Shown here: positions 7,627 to 15,949 of the stretch, one piece after another
Numbering within the stretch: position 1 is the stretch's first letter
Layout of the letters: each line of letters begins with the position of its first letter
From: an uncultured virus (IMG/VR IMGVR_UViG_3300013297_000003)
Taxonomy: Duplodnaviria > Heunggongvirae > Uroviricota > Caudoviricetes
Reading direction: 5' to 3' (one strand)
Length of the DNA: 20,000 bases
Virus record (IMG/VR): IMGVR_UViG_3300013297_000003
Notes under the pieces: generated by a model
The model's input: only the letters and a program-made list of their open reading frames with translations
Told to the model about the DNA's origin: nothing
Database searches by the model: none
Position numbers and translations under genes: made by a program

Positions 7627-7950
7627 TCAAAATTTCACCTCCTTATCCTTCCACTCCCGCAGGAGCCGGACTCCTTCCTCCTGGGCATGCAAATCGCCAT
7701 CCAGCCACGCTTGGCAAAACACCTCCATCATCTCCATTTGTTCTTCCATGAATGCCTCGGCCTCTTGGCAGGCAGTTTGCATAACCTCCACGTTCATCTT
7801 GAGTTCCACGTTCTCCTTGGTGGCCTTGATGAGCTTGGCCAGGATCGAGGAGATATTCTTCCTGGAAGCCAGCCGGAGGAAATTGGTGTCATCGACTGTA
7901 TCGACGTTCACTACTTCCTGGGCCAGTTCGGTAAATTCCGCCATATTCAT
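7627..7950 (-). CDS. hypothetical helical protein
   Basis: 107-aa ORF with an AAGGA RBS. Confidence 0.75.
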   Translation of the reverse strand: MNMAEFTELAQEVVNVDTVDDTNFLRLASRKNISSILAKLIKATKENVELKMNVEVMQTACQEAEAFMEEQMEMMEVFCQAWLDGDLHAQEEGVRLLREWKDKEVKF

Positions 7951-7953
7951 TGT

Positions 7954-8154
7954 CTAGTCCTTATAGATGAAATCATGCCTTTCAAGCATGGATGCATGAT
8001 ACTCATACATGACTAAAGAGATCGTTTCGATCAGCGGCCTCTTGTCGGCTTCAGCAAAGGTTTCTTCCATCACCTTGACCTTGTGATACTTACAAAGCCG
8101 CTTCAGTTCGCTGACCACGTTATTGTGCAGTTCCTCAGCGCTGATTCCGTACAT
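7954..8154 (-). CDS. hypothetical protein
   Basis: 66-aa ORF with a GGAGG RBS. Confidence 0.7.
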   Translation of the reverse strand: MYGISAEELHNNVVSELKRLCKYHKVKVMEETFAEADKRPLIETISLVMYEYHASMLERHDFIYKD

Positions 8155-8332
8155 TTCGATCCTCCATGAGTAGGCGAATAATGTTGATTTGGGAGTTGGC
8201 GATGGCCGTGACGGCCATCGTCACGGCCAAGTTCAATCCGCATGGCTGCTTCTGGGCTTCGGCAGACAAAATCCTGATGGACTCCAAGATGGCGTTGGAG
8301 GTTTCCAGCGTCAGTTGCTCACCCTTGCTCAT
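8135..8332 (-). CDS. hypothetical protein
   Basis: 65-aa ORF with an AGGAG RBS. Confidence 0.65.
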   Translation of the reverse strand: MSKGEQLTLETSNAILESIRILSAEAQKQPCGLNLAVTMAVTAIANSQINIIRLLMEDRNVRNQR

Positions 8333-8335
8333 TTC

Positions 8336-8524
8336 TTAGCTCCTATGGGATTGGTACACGGTAGCCCTGGGCCTCCTGTAACTGGTGGCCCGGTTCATAA
8401 ATGCCAGAGACTTACGGTTTCGTAATACTTTGCCGCAGGCGGCGCTACAGGCCACCTGGGGGCGGAGCATCTTCCGCCTCTTGGGATCGGGTGTAAATTC
8501 TTGTTCACAGATAACGCACTTCAT
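8336..8524 (-). CDS. small zinc-finger protein
   Basis: MKCVICEQEF...ACSAACG (CxxC...CSxxC). AAGGAG RBS and ATGA overlap. Confidence 0.7.
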   Translation of the reverse strand: MKCVICEQEFTPDPKRRKMLRPQVACSAACGKVLRNRKSLAFMNRATSYRRPRATVYQSHRS

Positions 8525-8925
8525 ACCTGCTCCTTGGTCAGTGAAATACGGCAGTGAACAAAATGCCCGGCAATGTCCATGGACAACTCCATGCCGTCCG
8601 GCGCAGTCTTGTCGATCATAACATAGGCCCTCCTCAACAGGCTCTCGGCATTCTCGGCCCGCATCTTCATCCTCTGCATGGGCGAAGTTACCTTGTCGGG
8701 GTTAAAGCTATACCTCCGGGAGGAGCCAAGCTGGGCCAAGTATCCCCTCCTGGCCAAGCGGGCCATGAACATCCGTGCAGTATTCTGGCTCTTGAGGCCC
8801 ATGGCAAACTGCAAGTCCCTGGACGTGGGCATGTAGCCAAGCTCAAAGAACAGGTCTTCCAGGGTCGTCAGGACGATCTTGAGCTTGAGCGTCAGGTCAG
8901 GGCGACGGCGTTTCCTGTACTTCAT
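8521..8925 (-). CDS. second LexA-type winged-helix DNA-binding protein with helical C-terminus
   Basis: LTLKLKIVL..LGYMPTSRDLQFAMGLKSQNTARMFMARLARRGYL. Start placed at ATG 8925 (MKYRKRRR). No peptidase domain. Confidence 0.75.
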   Translation of the reverse strand: MKYRKRRRPDLTLKLKIVLTTLEDLFFELGYMPTSRDLQFAMGLKSQNTARMFMARLARRGYLAQLGSSRRYSFNPDKVTSPMQRMKMRAENAESLLRRAYVMIDKTAPDGMELSMDIAGHFVHCRISLTKEQV

Positions 8926-9259
8926 GGGCTTCAATGTTTTCGGCGTACCAGCGGTCAGCTTCGACGAGGGCGGTGAAGGGGTCAGCAAAATACATTTCCC
9001 CTCGCATCCACACGGCGGGCCATCTTTCACCAGTTTTTTGCGGGCAGGGAACGTACCATTTCTCGCCCTCTTCGTCCGGCACTTCTGATTCTGTTATTTC
9101 TGCCGTCCACCCCCGTCGCATGCACACGTCAAAAGCATTGCGAGCGAGAGCGATGAACTCGGCGTCGGCTATCGACAGGAAAGTACAGCCGGATTCCAAA
9201 TCCATCTTGAACGGCGCAGTTGTCCACGGTGCCGGCGTCAGATTGGCTACGTCCATCAT
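8897..9259 (-). CDS. Ead/Ea22-like phage protein; paralogue of 5281-5649
   Basis: TPAPW ... ADAEFIALARN resembles the Ead/Ea22 N-terminal signature (TPGPW...AEFIA). AAGGAG RBS. Confidence 0.65.
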   Translation of the reverse strand: MMDVANLTPAPWTTAPFKMDLESGCTFLSIADAEFIALARNAFDVCMRRGWTAEITESEVPDEEGEKWYVPCPQKTGERWPAVWMRGEMYFADPFTALVEADRWYAENIEAHEVQETPSP

Positions 9260-9618
9260 TCGGTCTCCTTGGGAGGCATTTTAAATCGCTCCAGTTCGCT
9301 TCTGAGCCACTCCATGAACTCATTTGGATTGGACATGGCCTGCATGGCCCTGGACCGCTCTACGAGGCTCCTATTGCGTCTATTGAGGGCATCAGCCTTA
9401 AGTTCTTCCAAGAGAGCATGGGCAGGGATGACGCCTTCGGGTATTTTAGCTATGCTTGAGATTGCTTCATCCACGCCTTCACCCTTCACCATGGCCTCCC
9501 AGATGGCCGCTTCTTTACCGTCGAACAACTTGACTCCATGTTCTTCTGCCCATTGGGCCATCTCCTTGAAAAGGGTACGGTTGCCCAGGAGCAAACCCAG
9601 GCAGATGGGTAAGAGCAT
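9256..9618 (-). CDS. hypothetical protein
   Basis: 120-aa ORF with CCAAGGAG RBS and ATGA overlap. Confidence 0.75.
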   Translation of the reverse strand: MLLPICLGLLLGNRTLFKEMAQWAEEHGVKLFDGKEAAIWEAMVKGEGVDEAISSIAKIPEGVIPAHALLEELKADALNRRNRSLVERSRAMQAMSNPNEFMEWLRSELERFKMPPKETE

Positions 9619-9633
9619 CCCATGCTCCTTGGG

Positions 9634-9891
9634 TTAATCGGCAGTCAGGGCCTCATCCACGATGTCTTGGGCGCGCTCCAGGGCGGCTAGAAAGATCAGC
9701 CGGACATCCTGGAAGCACATATGGGTGTTTACGGGCCGGTTGCCCCGCACTTGGTCGGTCAGTCGGACCACTTCCTCTTGGATGGACATAAAGGACGGAA
9801 TAGCCTCATGCTGGTCCAGATAGTAGGCGGCGCAGACGATCTCGGCGCACAGGCCCAGCACCTTGTCGGCAATATTAGGGTCGTTGGTCAT
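9634..9891 (-). CDS. hypothetical protein
   Basis: 85-aa ORF with an ATGA overlap upstream. Confidence 0.7.
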   Translation of the reverse strand: MTNDPNIADKVLGLCAEIVCAAYYLDQHEAIPSFMSIQEEVVRLTDQVRGNRPVNTHMCFQDVRLIFLAALERAQDIVDEALTAD

Positions 9892-10139
9892 TGGTCGATA
9901 TTCTCGTTAAAGATAACGACTTTCTTGCCATGTGGGACACCGCCTGCAAATGGATAGGCAATGTGGGTGACGTATTCGGCGGCTTTGTAGCCTCCGTAGC
10001 CAAGGCGATAGGCTGGCTTTACCTTCACATCGCGCATGGCGTGCCACCGAGCGTATTTGATCGTTTCAAAGAATCCAACTGGGATGCTGCTCACATCGTC
10101 GCCGCGACGAAGGATGATGCACAGGAGATAGCCGTTCAT
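9888..10139 (-). CDS. hypothetical protein
   Basis: Start placed at ATG 10139 (MNGYLL...), overlapping the helicase stop. Confidence 0.65.
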   Translation of the reverse strand: MNGYLLCIILRRGDDVSSIPVGFFETIKYARWHAMRDVKVKPAYRLGYGGYKAAEYVTHIAYPFAGGVPHGKKVVIFNENIDQ

Positions 10140-11599
10140 GTGGCCACCTTGCGTTTTTTGCCGAAGGTCGGGTAAAGAGCGGTGACGGCCATTTTCCACT
10201 GGTGATAGCCAGGCATGCACGGGAAGTCGCGATCAGGCCACTGGTTGTACTTCCTCTTGTAAATAACCGACGCCATGCCGAAGGTGCCGTTTTTGTTGGC
10301 GGCAGTGGCTAGGCAGCGAAACCAATGCTTAACCCTCTGGTCTTTTTCCCAATGATCCAGAGGTCCGCCACGCTCAGCCTCCGTGAGGATTTCGTTGGAG
10401 GTTTTCATTTGTGGTGCAAAGATCGACTTGGGTGGCTTGCTGGGCTGGCTTCCGCATTGGGGGCAAGCGAGTTGGCCATGATAAACAAGTTCGCAGTTTT
10501 TGCAGAAGCAAGCCTTGGCGGTCTCGCCATCTTTGTGTTTCTTGGCAAACGCCTCATCAGCGTTTCCTTCCAAAGTCCACTCCATGTCTTCGTCGGGGAA
10601 GCCATGTCGGAACACAGCGCCGGAGTGATCGATCAGGACGCCGTGTGTTTTTCCTTCATATGGCCTCATGATGCGACCAGTGGCTTGCATAAGGCGCACG
10701 CGGCTGTCCACCTCGCAAAAAAGTTGGCAACATCCTAGCGCAGGCACGTCCACGCCTTCGCCAATAATGCCGACATTGCTGACCACCTTGTATTTTCCGC
10801 TGACCATACCGTCGAAAATCTCGTCCCGAACGTCATCGGGCGTATCAGCATCGACATGGGCGGCTGGTATACCAGCCTCCTTAAAGGCTTCCACGGCGTC
10901 GATGCTGTGCTTGACACGCGAGCAGAACAGAACGGTTGGCATGTTTTCGGAGTAATCTTGCCATGAAGCCACGAGGTCGCCGGCCACTCCGCGCTTAGCC
11001 TTGCCGCCGCGCATTTTCCTGTCTGGTGCATAGCACTTGAGCGGCACCAAGTAACCCTGTCGGATCAGTTCGCTTGTTGGGGCAGCGCATTCAATAGCTT
11101 GTGCCCATGGGCCTAGTCCTTTGCCGTCTGGTCCGACTGGAGTGGCGGTCAGAAGGATGATGGTGGCCGATGGATACCGTTCTAAAATACGGCGGTATTC
11201 CGATTGTGGATCGGCGGCATGGTGGGCTTCGTCCACAAAGATGAGTCCAGCAGGGGGCAACTCGATCCAGTCGTTATTGAATCCCCTGGAGATGAAGGTG
11301 TCACGGCTGGCGACTTGGACGTTGACCTTGGGGTCGCGCATCTGGCCACGCATGATTATGCCGTGGTCAATTTGGAAGTCGTAAAGGGTGGCGGAAATCT
11401 GGTCTACAAGACGGCGACGGTGAACCAGCCATAAGGTCGGCGTTTCTTTCAAGGTTGCTTGTTTGGTAACGTAACTGCCCCACACCGTTTTGCCTGCTCC
11501 AGTAGCGGCCTGGACGACAATAATCCGGTGTCCTGCTCGGCGCGTGACGCAAACTCGGTGATAGAGGTCTTCCTGAAAGGGACGGATAATGGGGATCAT
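10136..11599 (-). CDS. superfamily 2 DEAH-type helicase (RadD/YejH-like) with C-terminal zinc finger
   Basis: RPFQ Q-motif, ATGAGKT Walker A, DEAHH, LTATP, GEGVDVP, QATGRIMR, then CKNC...CPQCG. Start at ATG 11599 (ATGA overlap). Confidence 0.93.
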   Translation of the reverse strand: MIPIIRPFQEDLYHRVCVTRRAGHRIIVVQAATGAGKTVWGSYVTKQATLKETPTLWLVHRRRLVDQISATLYDFQIDHGIIMRGQMRDPKVNVQVASRDTFISRGFNNDWIELPPAGLIFVDEAHHAADPQSEYRRILERYPSATIILLTATPVGPDGKGLGPWAQAIECAAPTSELIRQGYLVPLKCYAPDRKMRGGKAKRGVAGDLVASWQDYSENMPTVLFCSRVKHSIDAVEAFKEAGIPAAHVDADTPDDVRDEIFDGMVSGKYKVVSNVGIIGEGVDVPALGCCQLFCEVDSRVRLMQATGRIMRPYEGKTHGVLIDHSGAVFRHGFPDEDMEWTLEGNADEAFAKKHKDGETAKACFCKNCELVYHGQLACPQCGSQPSKPPKSIFAPQMKTSNEILTEAERGGPLDHWEKDQRVKHWFRCLATAANKNGTFGMASVIYKRKYNQWPDRDFPCMPGYHQWKMAVTALYPTFGKKRKVAT

Positions 11600-12453
11600 T
11601 TTTTGCCTTTCAGTTTGGTGTAAAGGTCGCGGTAAACCAAGCCAGAAAGGTTGCACTGGTCGCAGCGATTTCCTTGGCAGGCAGGACAGACGCCAGCAGG
11701 ACGGCGGGATTTGAGGTGGTCGATCAGTTGCTCAATGGTGTTGGAGACCATGCCGCAGCCGTCGATGAAGTCGCTGGCATTAAAGAATGGGTAGTGGCGC
11801 TTCCTCTTGTTCATGCCATCAGCCATCCGCTCTTGGCGAAACTGCTCGCCTATGGTGGCCAGAAAGTCGATGGTGTTTTGAATCCACGGGTCGCTATAGG
11901 CGTCACGGCATTTGGCGGGCAGAACGGTCCCATAAGCGTCCACTGGCTCCGGCGTTTCTTCTTCCTTTTTAGTCTTCTTTTTATTGGTAGGTTTCCCTAC
12001 CGGCTCGTAAGACTTACCATCTTTCCCTGTGATTTTGATGTCAGGTGAGTCATTTGTCTCACCTGAATCCTTAAGGTCGCGGCGAACGGTCATCTGGCTG
12101 ATGCCAACCGTTTCGGCGATGGCCCTGGTGCTGTGGCCATTGGTCCGCAGCTCAGCGACAATCTCCTGGCGCAGCGTGGGAGGTAGGTGCCGACGCCGGA
12201 TGTTGCGGCGGACGATGAAATCAACCACCTCATCGTCGGCTAGTTTGACTTCCTCCTCTTGCCATGGCAGACCAAGCTCGTCCGAGAAGGTAGAGCGGTT
12301 GCGGCCATCAACGTACTCCTTGACGCCATTCACCACCCGGTACAAGACCTTGATTTCCGGGCCTTTGGTCTTCTTGAGAGATGATTTGAATTGCTCAGCT
12401 TCGACGCCAACGAAGAGCGGAAACTTTTCCGCAAACGGGTGCCACTTCATCAT
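11596..12453 (-). CDS. ParB-like N-terminal domain + HTH + C-terminal zinc-finger protein
   Basis: HPFAEKFPL..VDGRNR..NIRRRHL ParB-like pattern, STRAIAETVGISQMTVRRDL HTH, GKDGKSY, CPACQG..CDQC. Confidence 0.8.
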   Translation of the reverse strand: MMKWHPFAEKFPLFVGVEAEQFKSSLKKTKGPEIKVLYRVVNGVKEYVDGRNRSTFSDELGLPWQEEEVKLADDEVVDFIVRRNIRRRHLPPTLRQEIVAELRTNGHSTRAIAETVGISQMTVRRDLKDSGETNDSPDIKITGKDGKSYEPVGKPTNKKKTKKEEETPEPVDAYGTVLPAKCRDAYSDPWIQNTIDFLATIGEQFRQERMADGMNKRKRHYPFFNASDFIDGCGMVSNTIEQLIDHLKSRRPAGVCPACQGNRCDQCNLSGLVYRDLYTKLKGKK

Positions 12454-12465
12454 CTAGCCTCACAG

Positions 12466-12537
12466 AAAAAAGGCCCCGGCGTGGGTGCGTTCATTCCGAG
12501 GCGGGTGCCGCCAAGAGGTGATTTCCACGCCAGGGCC
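12466..12537 (-). terminator. terminator/attenuator-like leader structure
   Basis: 13-bp stem GGCCCTGGCGTGG/CCACGCCGGGGCC (one G-U) followed by T6 on the - strand, 12 nt upstream of ATG 12453. Confidence 0.6.
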
Positions 12538-12583
12538 AGGGAGCCTGTATTTCTGTCTACCAATCGGAAGAAACGCGGAGGCT

Positions 12584-12611
12584 AGTTTAACAGGCTCTAG
12601 GACCGTTTCAA
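12584..12611 (-). promoter_or_regulatory. putative sigma70 promoter
   Basis: TTGAAA, 16-nt spacer, TGn-extended TAAACT, with an AT-rich upstream tract. Confidence 0.5.
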
Positions 12612-12665
12612 TAGGAAAAAAAGAACTATTTTTCTTTTGGTTTCAAGTCTCCATTCTCAGTGGTT

Positions 12666-13595
12666 TTACACCCCGCACATGCCCATGCCACAGTCTGGTT
12701 CGGAGCAGTCGTCCAAGAGCGGAGCCAGTTCAAACAGCGGCCTTTTCTTGCGAGCTTCCTCTTTCTTGATCTCATCCTCGATGTCCACCATTTCCAGTGG
12801 GATGCAATTTCTATGGAGATAAAGGGTGTGCTTGACAATCGAGGACTCAAGCCGCAGCGAACGGTCCACTTCCACCGCCCTGGACCATTCTTTTTGGCTG
12901 TCCTTGGTCTTCTTCCATTCACTGGCCTGCTTATAGGGGCAGAACACGCAGGCCGAACGCGGCACCTCATGGGGCACGCGGCTTTTGAGGTAGTCCTTGC
13001 AATCTTCCCTGGTCATCTTCTGTTCAATCAGGGGAAATTGCGGGACAGCCCAGGGCAACTTGTCGAAGGTGCGGCTGATGCGCTCGGCCCGGCCTTTCTC
13101 ATCCCAGGAGATGCCGAAGAGCTGAACTATGCTGGTGCCTTTGGGAATCCTCTGGCGATATTTTAGCCCCAGGATTTGGTATCTGATAATCCGCTCCACC
13201 ACGTCAACCTTGTACTCCTTGGTGCATTGGCGTCTGACCATGCCTTCGTCCACCCTCTTGCCGGTGACAATTCGGGTTTCGTGGTGCTCGGCCATGAATG
13301 CCGGGATGGAGGCAAACCGGGTGCTGCCGTCCGCACCCGGTTTGGTTTTCTTGTTGCCACGGTGGTCACAGCCTTTGACCAGATCGTCGCCCAACTTTCC
13401 GGCTGTGCCCACTAGGATGATCGGCACCGGGGCGGGCAGCGTTCGCATCCAAGTTAGGTGCTCGTAAACGGCAGCAGGTTCTTCTTGGGTGTCTGCAAAG
13501 ACAGAATAATCCACCGGCTCAATCAGCCCTTCGTGGGCCATGATAAAGAGAGTGGTTGACTGAACACCCAGACCATTGTTTTGCACCCTAATCAA
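12666..13595 (-). CDS. PAPS-reductase-like PP-loop (adenine nucleotide alpha-hydrolase) protein
   Basis: GLGVQST PP-loop-like motif, FADTQEE, RQCTKEYKV, GISWDE, FPLIE, PRSACVFCPY and C-terminal CGMGMCGV. TTG start with AAGGAG RBS. Confidence 0.82.
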   Translation of the reverse strand: MIRVQNNGLGVQSTTLFIMAHEGLIEPVDYSVFADTQEEPAAVYEHLTWMRTLPAPVPIILVGTAGKLGDDLVKGCDHRGNKKTKPGADGSTRFASIPAFMAEHHETRIVTGKRVDEGMVRRQCTKEYKVDVVERIIRYQILGLKYRQRIPKGTSIVQLFGISWDEKGRAERISRTFDKLPWAVPQFPLIEQKMTREDCKDYLKSRVPHEVPRSACVFCPYKQASEWKKTKDSQKEWSRAVEVDRSLRLESSIVKHTLYLHRNCIPLEMVDIEDEIKKEEARKKRPLFELAPLLDDCSEPDCGMGMCGV

Positions 13596-13761
13596 GAGGT
13601 TTCTCCTTGGGCCAGAGCAGAATCCTTTTGCCGTTGCCGTCCGTACCGTCAGTTATCTCATCGAGAGGACGAACTTCGTTGCCTTCTGGGTCACTGGTCA
13701 TCCATACAGGATAATCTTGTGGTGCCATTTTGAGGCAAGTAATTAATTCTTTGACGGTCAT
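13588..13761 (-). CDS. small phage protein (57 aa; not in ORF track)
   Basis: MTVKELITCLKMAPQDYPVWMTSDPEGNEVRPLDEITDGTDGNGKRILLWPKEKPLD*. The MTVKELI..L..P.D..V..DPEGN pattern is common in small phage ORFs. ATGA overlap. Confidence 0.75.
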   Translation of the reverse strand: MTVKELITCLKMAPQDYPVWMTSDPEGNEVRPLDEITDGTDGNGKRILLWPKEKPLD

Positions 13762-14012
13762 TTTTCATCTCCCTTGGGTTTGCGCATCTTCTGCCCATGT
13801 CGTTTGGCCCTGGAAAGACCGCCTTTCCTGCCAATTTCGGACATATGGGCTTTGTTCTTACTAAGGGCAATGCCGCCCAAACTGCCAGCCTGGGCGGCTT
13901 CTTCGGAGGTAAACTGGTGAGCATGGCCTAGTTCGTGGGCCTTCTTGCCGCCGCTGGCAGCGTGGGCCAATAGCTCATCTTTGGTCATGGCGGCAAAACC
14001 TTTCTTTTTCAT
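13758..14012 (-). CDS. KGG-repeat general stress protein (YciG/GsiB-like)
   Basis: KGFAAM..AASGGKKAHELGHAHQFTSEEAAQAGSLGG..HMSEIGRKGG. Start placed at ATG 14012. Confidence 0.85.
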   Translation of the reverse strand: MKKKGFAAMTKDELLAHAASGGKKAHELGHAHQFTSEEAAQAGSLGGIALSKNKAHMSEIGRKGGLSRAKRHGQKMRKPKGDEK

Positions 14013-14022
14013 GGGGGAGTCT

Positions 14023-14265
14023 CTATTTGGGTGGTGGTTGCAAATCGTCATCCTCCATGTTACTAAGTTCTTCATCGAGTTCTACAGCCTGTTTGTGGTC
14101 GGCCAGGATGGCACAGCGTATGGCCACATCCAGATCGGTGGAGTGGCCCACGGCGGCACGGAGTTTCACGGTATAGCCCACGCCCTGCTTATAGATGACG
14201 TAGCCATCGGCTCCAGCAATCAGTTCCAGGTGCTCCAGGGCGCTGTCCAGTTCGTCATGAATCAT
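14023..14265 (-). CDS. hypothetical protein
   Basis: AAGGAGGAG RBS before ATG 14265 (MIHDELDS...). Confidence 0.7.
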   Translation of the reverse strand: MIHDELDSALEHLELIAGADGYVIYKQGVGYTVKLRAAVGHSTDLDVAIRCAILADHKQAVELDEELSNMEDDDLQPPPK

Positions 14266-14749
14266 TGGATTGCTCCTCCTTGTCGATGGCCAACAATTCC
14301 CGCATGGCGGTACGCAGACCGCCAATGACATAACTGTCAGATTGCTGATTATGGTATTTGTCTTCGTAGATGGCAGCCAGGCGCAGGCCATACGCACGCA
14401 GAAGAGGCGATTTGAGAGTTCCCATGAAGAGTTCGCTTGATTCGTGGAGGGCCTTGGCGGTGGGGTAATGGAGGCCATCGCCATTGACCTCTAAGCTCCC
14501 CTCGCTATTGACCATGCCGTGCAGGCACTCGTTGAGAATCACCTGCCGCCCCCTACTCACCATGGTGTCGTGGTCGAGATTCTTGGGGCCACGCTTACGC
14601 AGGCAACTGCGGACAGCACTTTCAGGGGGGATCATGGGACCGACCAGGGAGAAAATATCCTCCCTGGAGAGCGGTCCCTTTTGGGCGATGGTCTTCATGA
14701 CCGAGTAGGCCGGTCCTTCATAGCCAGGTCGACTAAAACGCTTCATCAC
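14255..14749 (-). CDS. hypothetical protein, possible winged-helix DNA-binding fold
   Basis: 164-aa ORF with GPLSREDI..ILNECLHGMVNSEGSLEV pattern. GTGA overlap. Confidence 0.7.
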   Translation of the reverse strand: MMKRFSRPGYEGPAYSVMKTIAQKGPLSREDIFSLVGPMIPPESAVRSCLRKRGPKNLDHDTMVSRGRQVILNECLHGMVNSEGSLEVNGDGLHYPTAKALHESSELFMGTLKSPLLRAYGLRLAAIYEDKYHNQQSDSYVIGGLRTAMRELLAIDKEEQSNDS

Positions 14750-15696
14750 TCACCCCCTGTCAGAAGGGCCTTCATTTTGGTGGAAATCTTATCCCAGTAA
14801 CGGGCCACCAGAACTTCATCGCCAGACTCCAACTGAAGCTGGCTGGCGCTCTTGATGGGCGTTAAGAACTTATCGAAGCCGGTAATGAGCCGCATGAAGT
14901 CCGAGCGGTTCTTGGTCCGAAACGGCGCAGCCTTCTTGGAGCGGCGATCCTCCATGACCTGCTCCCACTTTTTAATCTCCCGGAGCGAGTCAGCCTCGGT
15001 GCTGGTTTTCTTCACATCGTCAATAAAGCGGTCGGCCTCGGTGAATCCCAGGTCGTGCTTCTTGACGAACCGCACCGTTTCCTTGAGCACATTGGTCTTG
15101 TCAAGGAGTGGGGAGAGCTTCAGGAGCAGGCTTTTGCTCATGCCGTTGATCGACACCCCTTGGGCAGTAGCCGTCTCGGCCACTTCGATGGAGCGGAGGT
15201 GCTGAACGATGGCGGTGTGCTGGACGTTAAACAACCGAGCCGCTTCTTTCGGCTCAACGCCATGTTCTTTGATGACCCAGGCAGCGTGGATCAGGGACTC
15301 ATCCTTTTTCTGCCCAATCGGCGACTCTAGCGCATTAACAATCCTGGGGATGATGTCCTGGATTTTCGGATCGGTGATGTTGACGACGTAGGCTTTCACC
15401 TTGTCGATGTCGGCTTCTTGGCAAGCGGCAATGCGGTGGTTGCCAGACCACAGGAAGCAGTATTTCTTGACCTTGTTGACAATTGGCATAGGGAAGGCGG
15501 CGTCGGGAGCCAGCATGCCCAGGGCGTACTGAAGCACCACGTCGGTGTCCAGTTTCTTGCCCAGACGCACTTGCCTCGCCAGGGACTCTTCTGTGTCGAT
15601 GTCTTTGACAAAGACATCCTCTTCGGTCCACTTGACGCCCATGCGCCGCAGTAGAGCTTCGGCTTTCGGATCAATGACCCACTTTAGGGTTGCCAT
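14746..15696 (-). CDS. ParB/Sulfiredoxin-like N-terminal domain protein
   Basis: FPMPIV...WSGNHRIAA (GxHR motif) followed by a putative HTH (PKEAARLFNV). CCAAGGAG RBS. Confidence 0.75.
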   Translation of the reverse strand: MATLKWVIDPKAEALLRRMGVKWTEEDVFVKDIDTEESLARQVRLGKKLDTDVVLQYALGMLAPDAAFPMPIVNKVKKYCFLWSGNHRIAACQEADIDKVKAYVVNITDPKIQDIIPRIVNALESPIGQKKDESLIHAAWVIKEHGVEPKEAARLFNVQHTAIVQHLRSIEVAETATAQGVSINGMSKSLLLKLSPLLDKTNVLKETVRFVKKHDLGFTEADRFIDDVKKTSTEADSLREIKKWEQVMEDRRSKKAAPFRTKNRSDFMRLITGFDKFLTPIKSASQLQLESGDEVLVARYWDKISTKMKALLTGGE

Positions 15697-15721
15697 TACA
15701 TTCTCCTTGGGTTGGGGTAGA

Positions 15722-15949
15722 TTACTTATTTAGCTTGTCAGCCACGAGCGCAGCCACGGAATTGAGCAAAATCTCCTGCATATCCACAATGCAGGACAAG
15801 CCGAAGAGAATAAGTCCGGTGTCAGTCGTATTGGAGGAATCAGGTCCGTGGGTGAGTGCTCGTTTATGGAGGGTGTCAGAAACGCCCTTCATGCACGCAC
15901 AGGCCATTTCGACGCCTTGCATAAAGTCTTCATCAAGATTCTTCATCAC
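15722..15949 (-). CDS. hypothetical protein
   Basis: GGAGG RBS and GTGA overlap with the upstream stop. Confidence 0.65.
   Translation of the reverse strand: MMKNLDEDFMQGVEMACACMKGVSDTLHKRALTHGPDSSNTTDTGLILFGLSCIVDMQEILLNSVAALVADKLNK

Noticed and set aside
7075..8016. Long + strand ORFs (7075-7365, 7199-7957, 7438-8016) and short - strand ORFs in the gap
   Set aside because: They have no RBS or recognisable motifs, show atypical composition, and are largely antisense shadows of 7627-7950.
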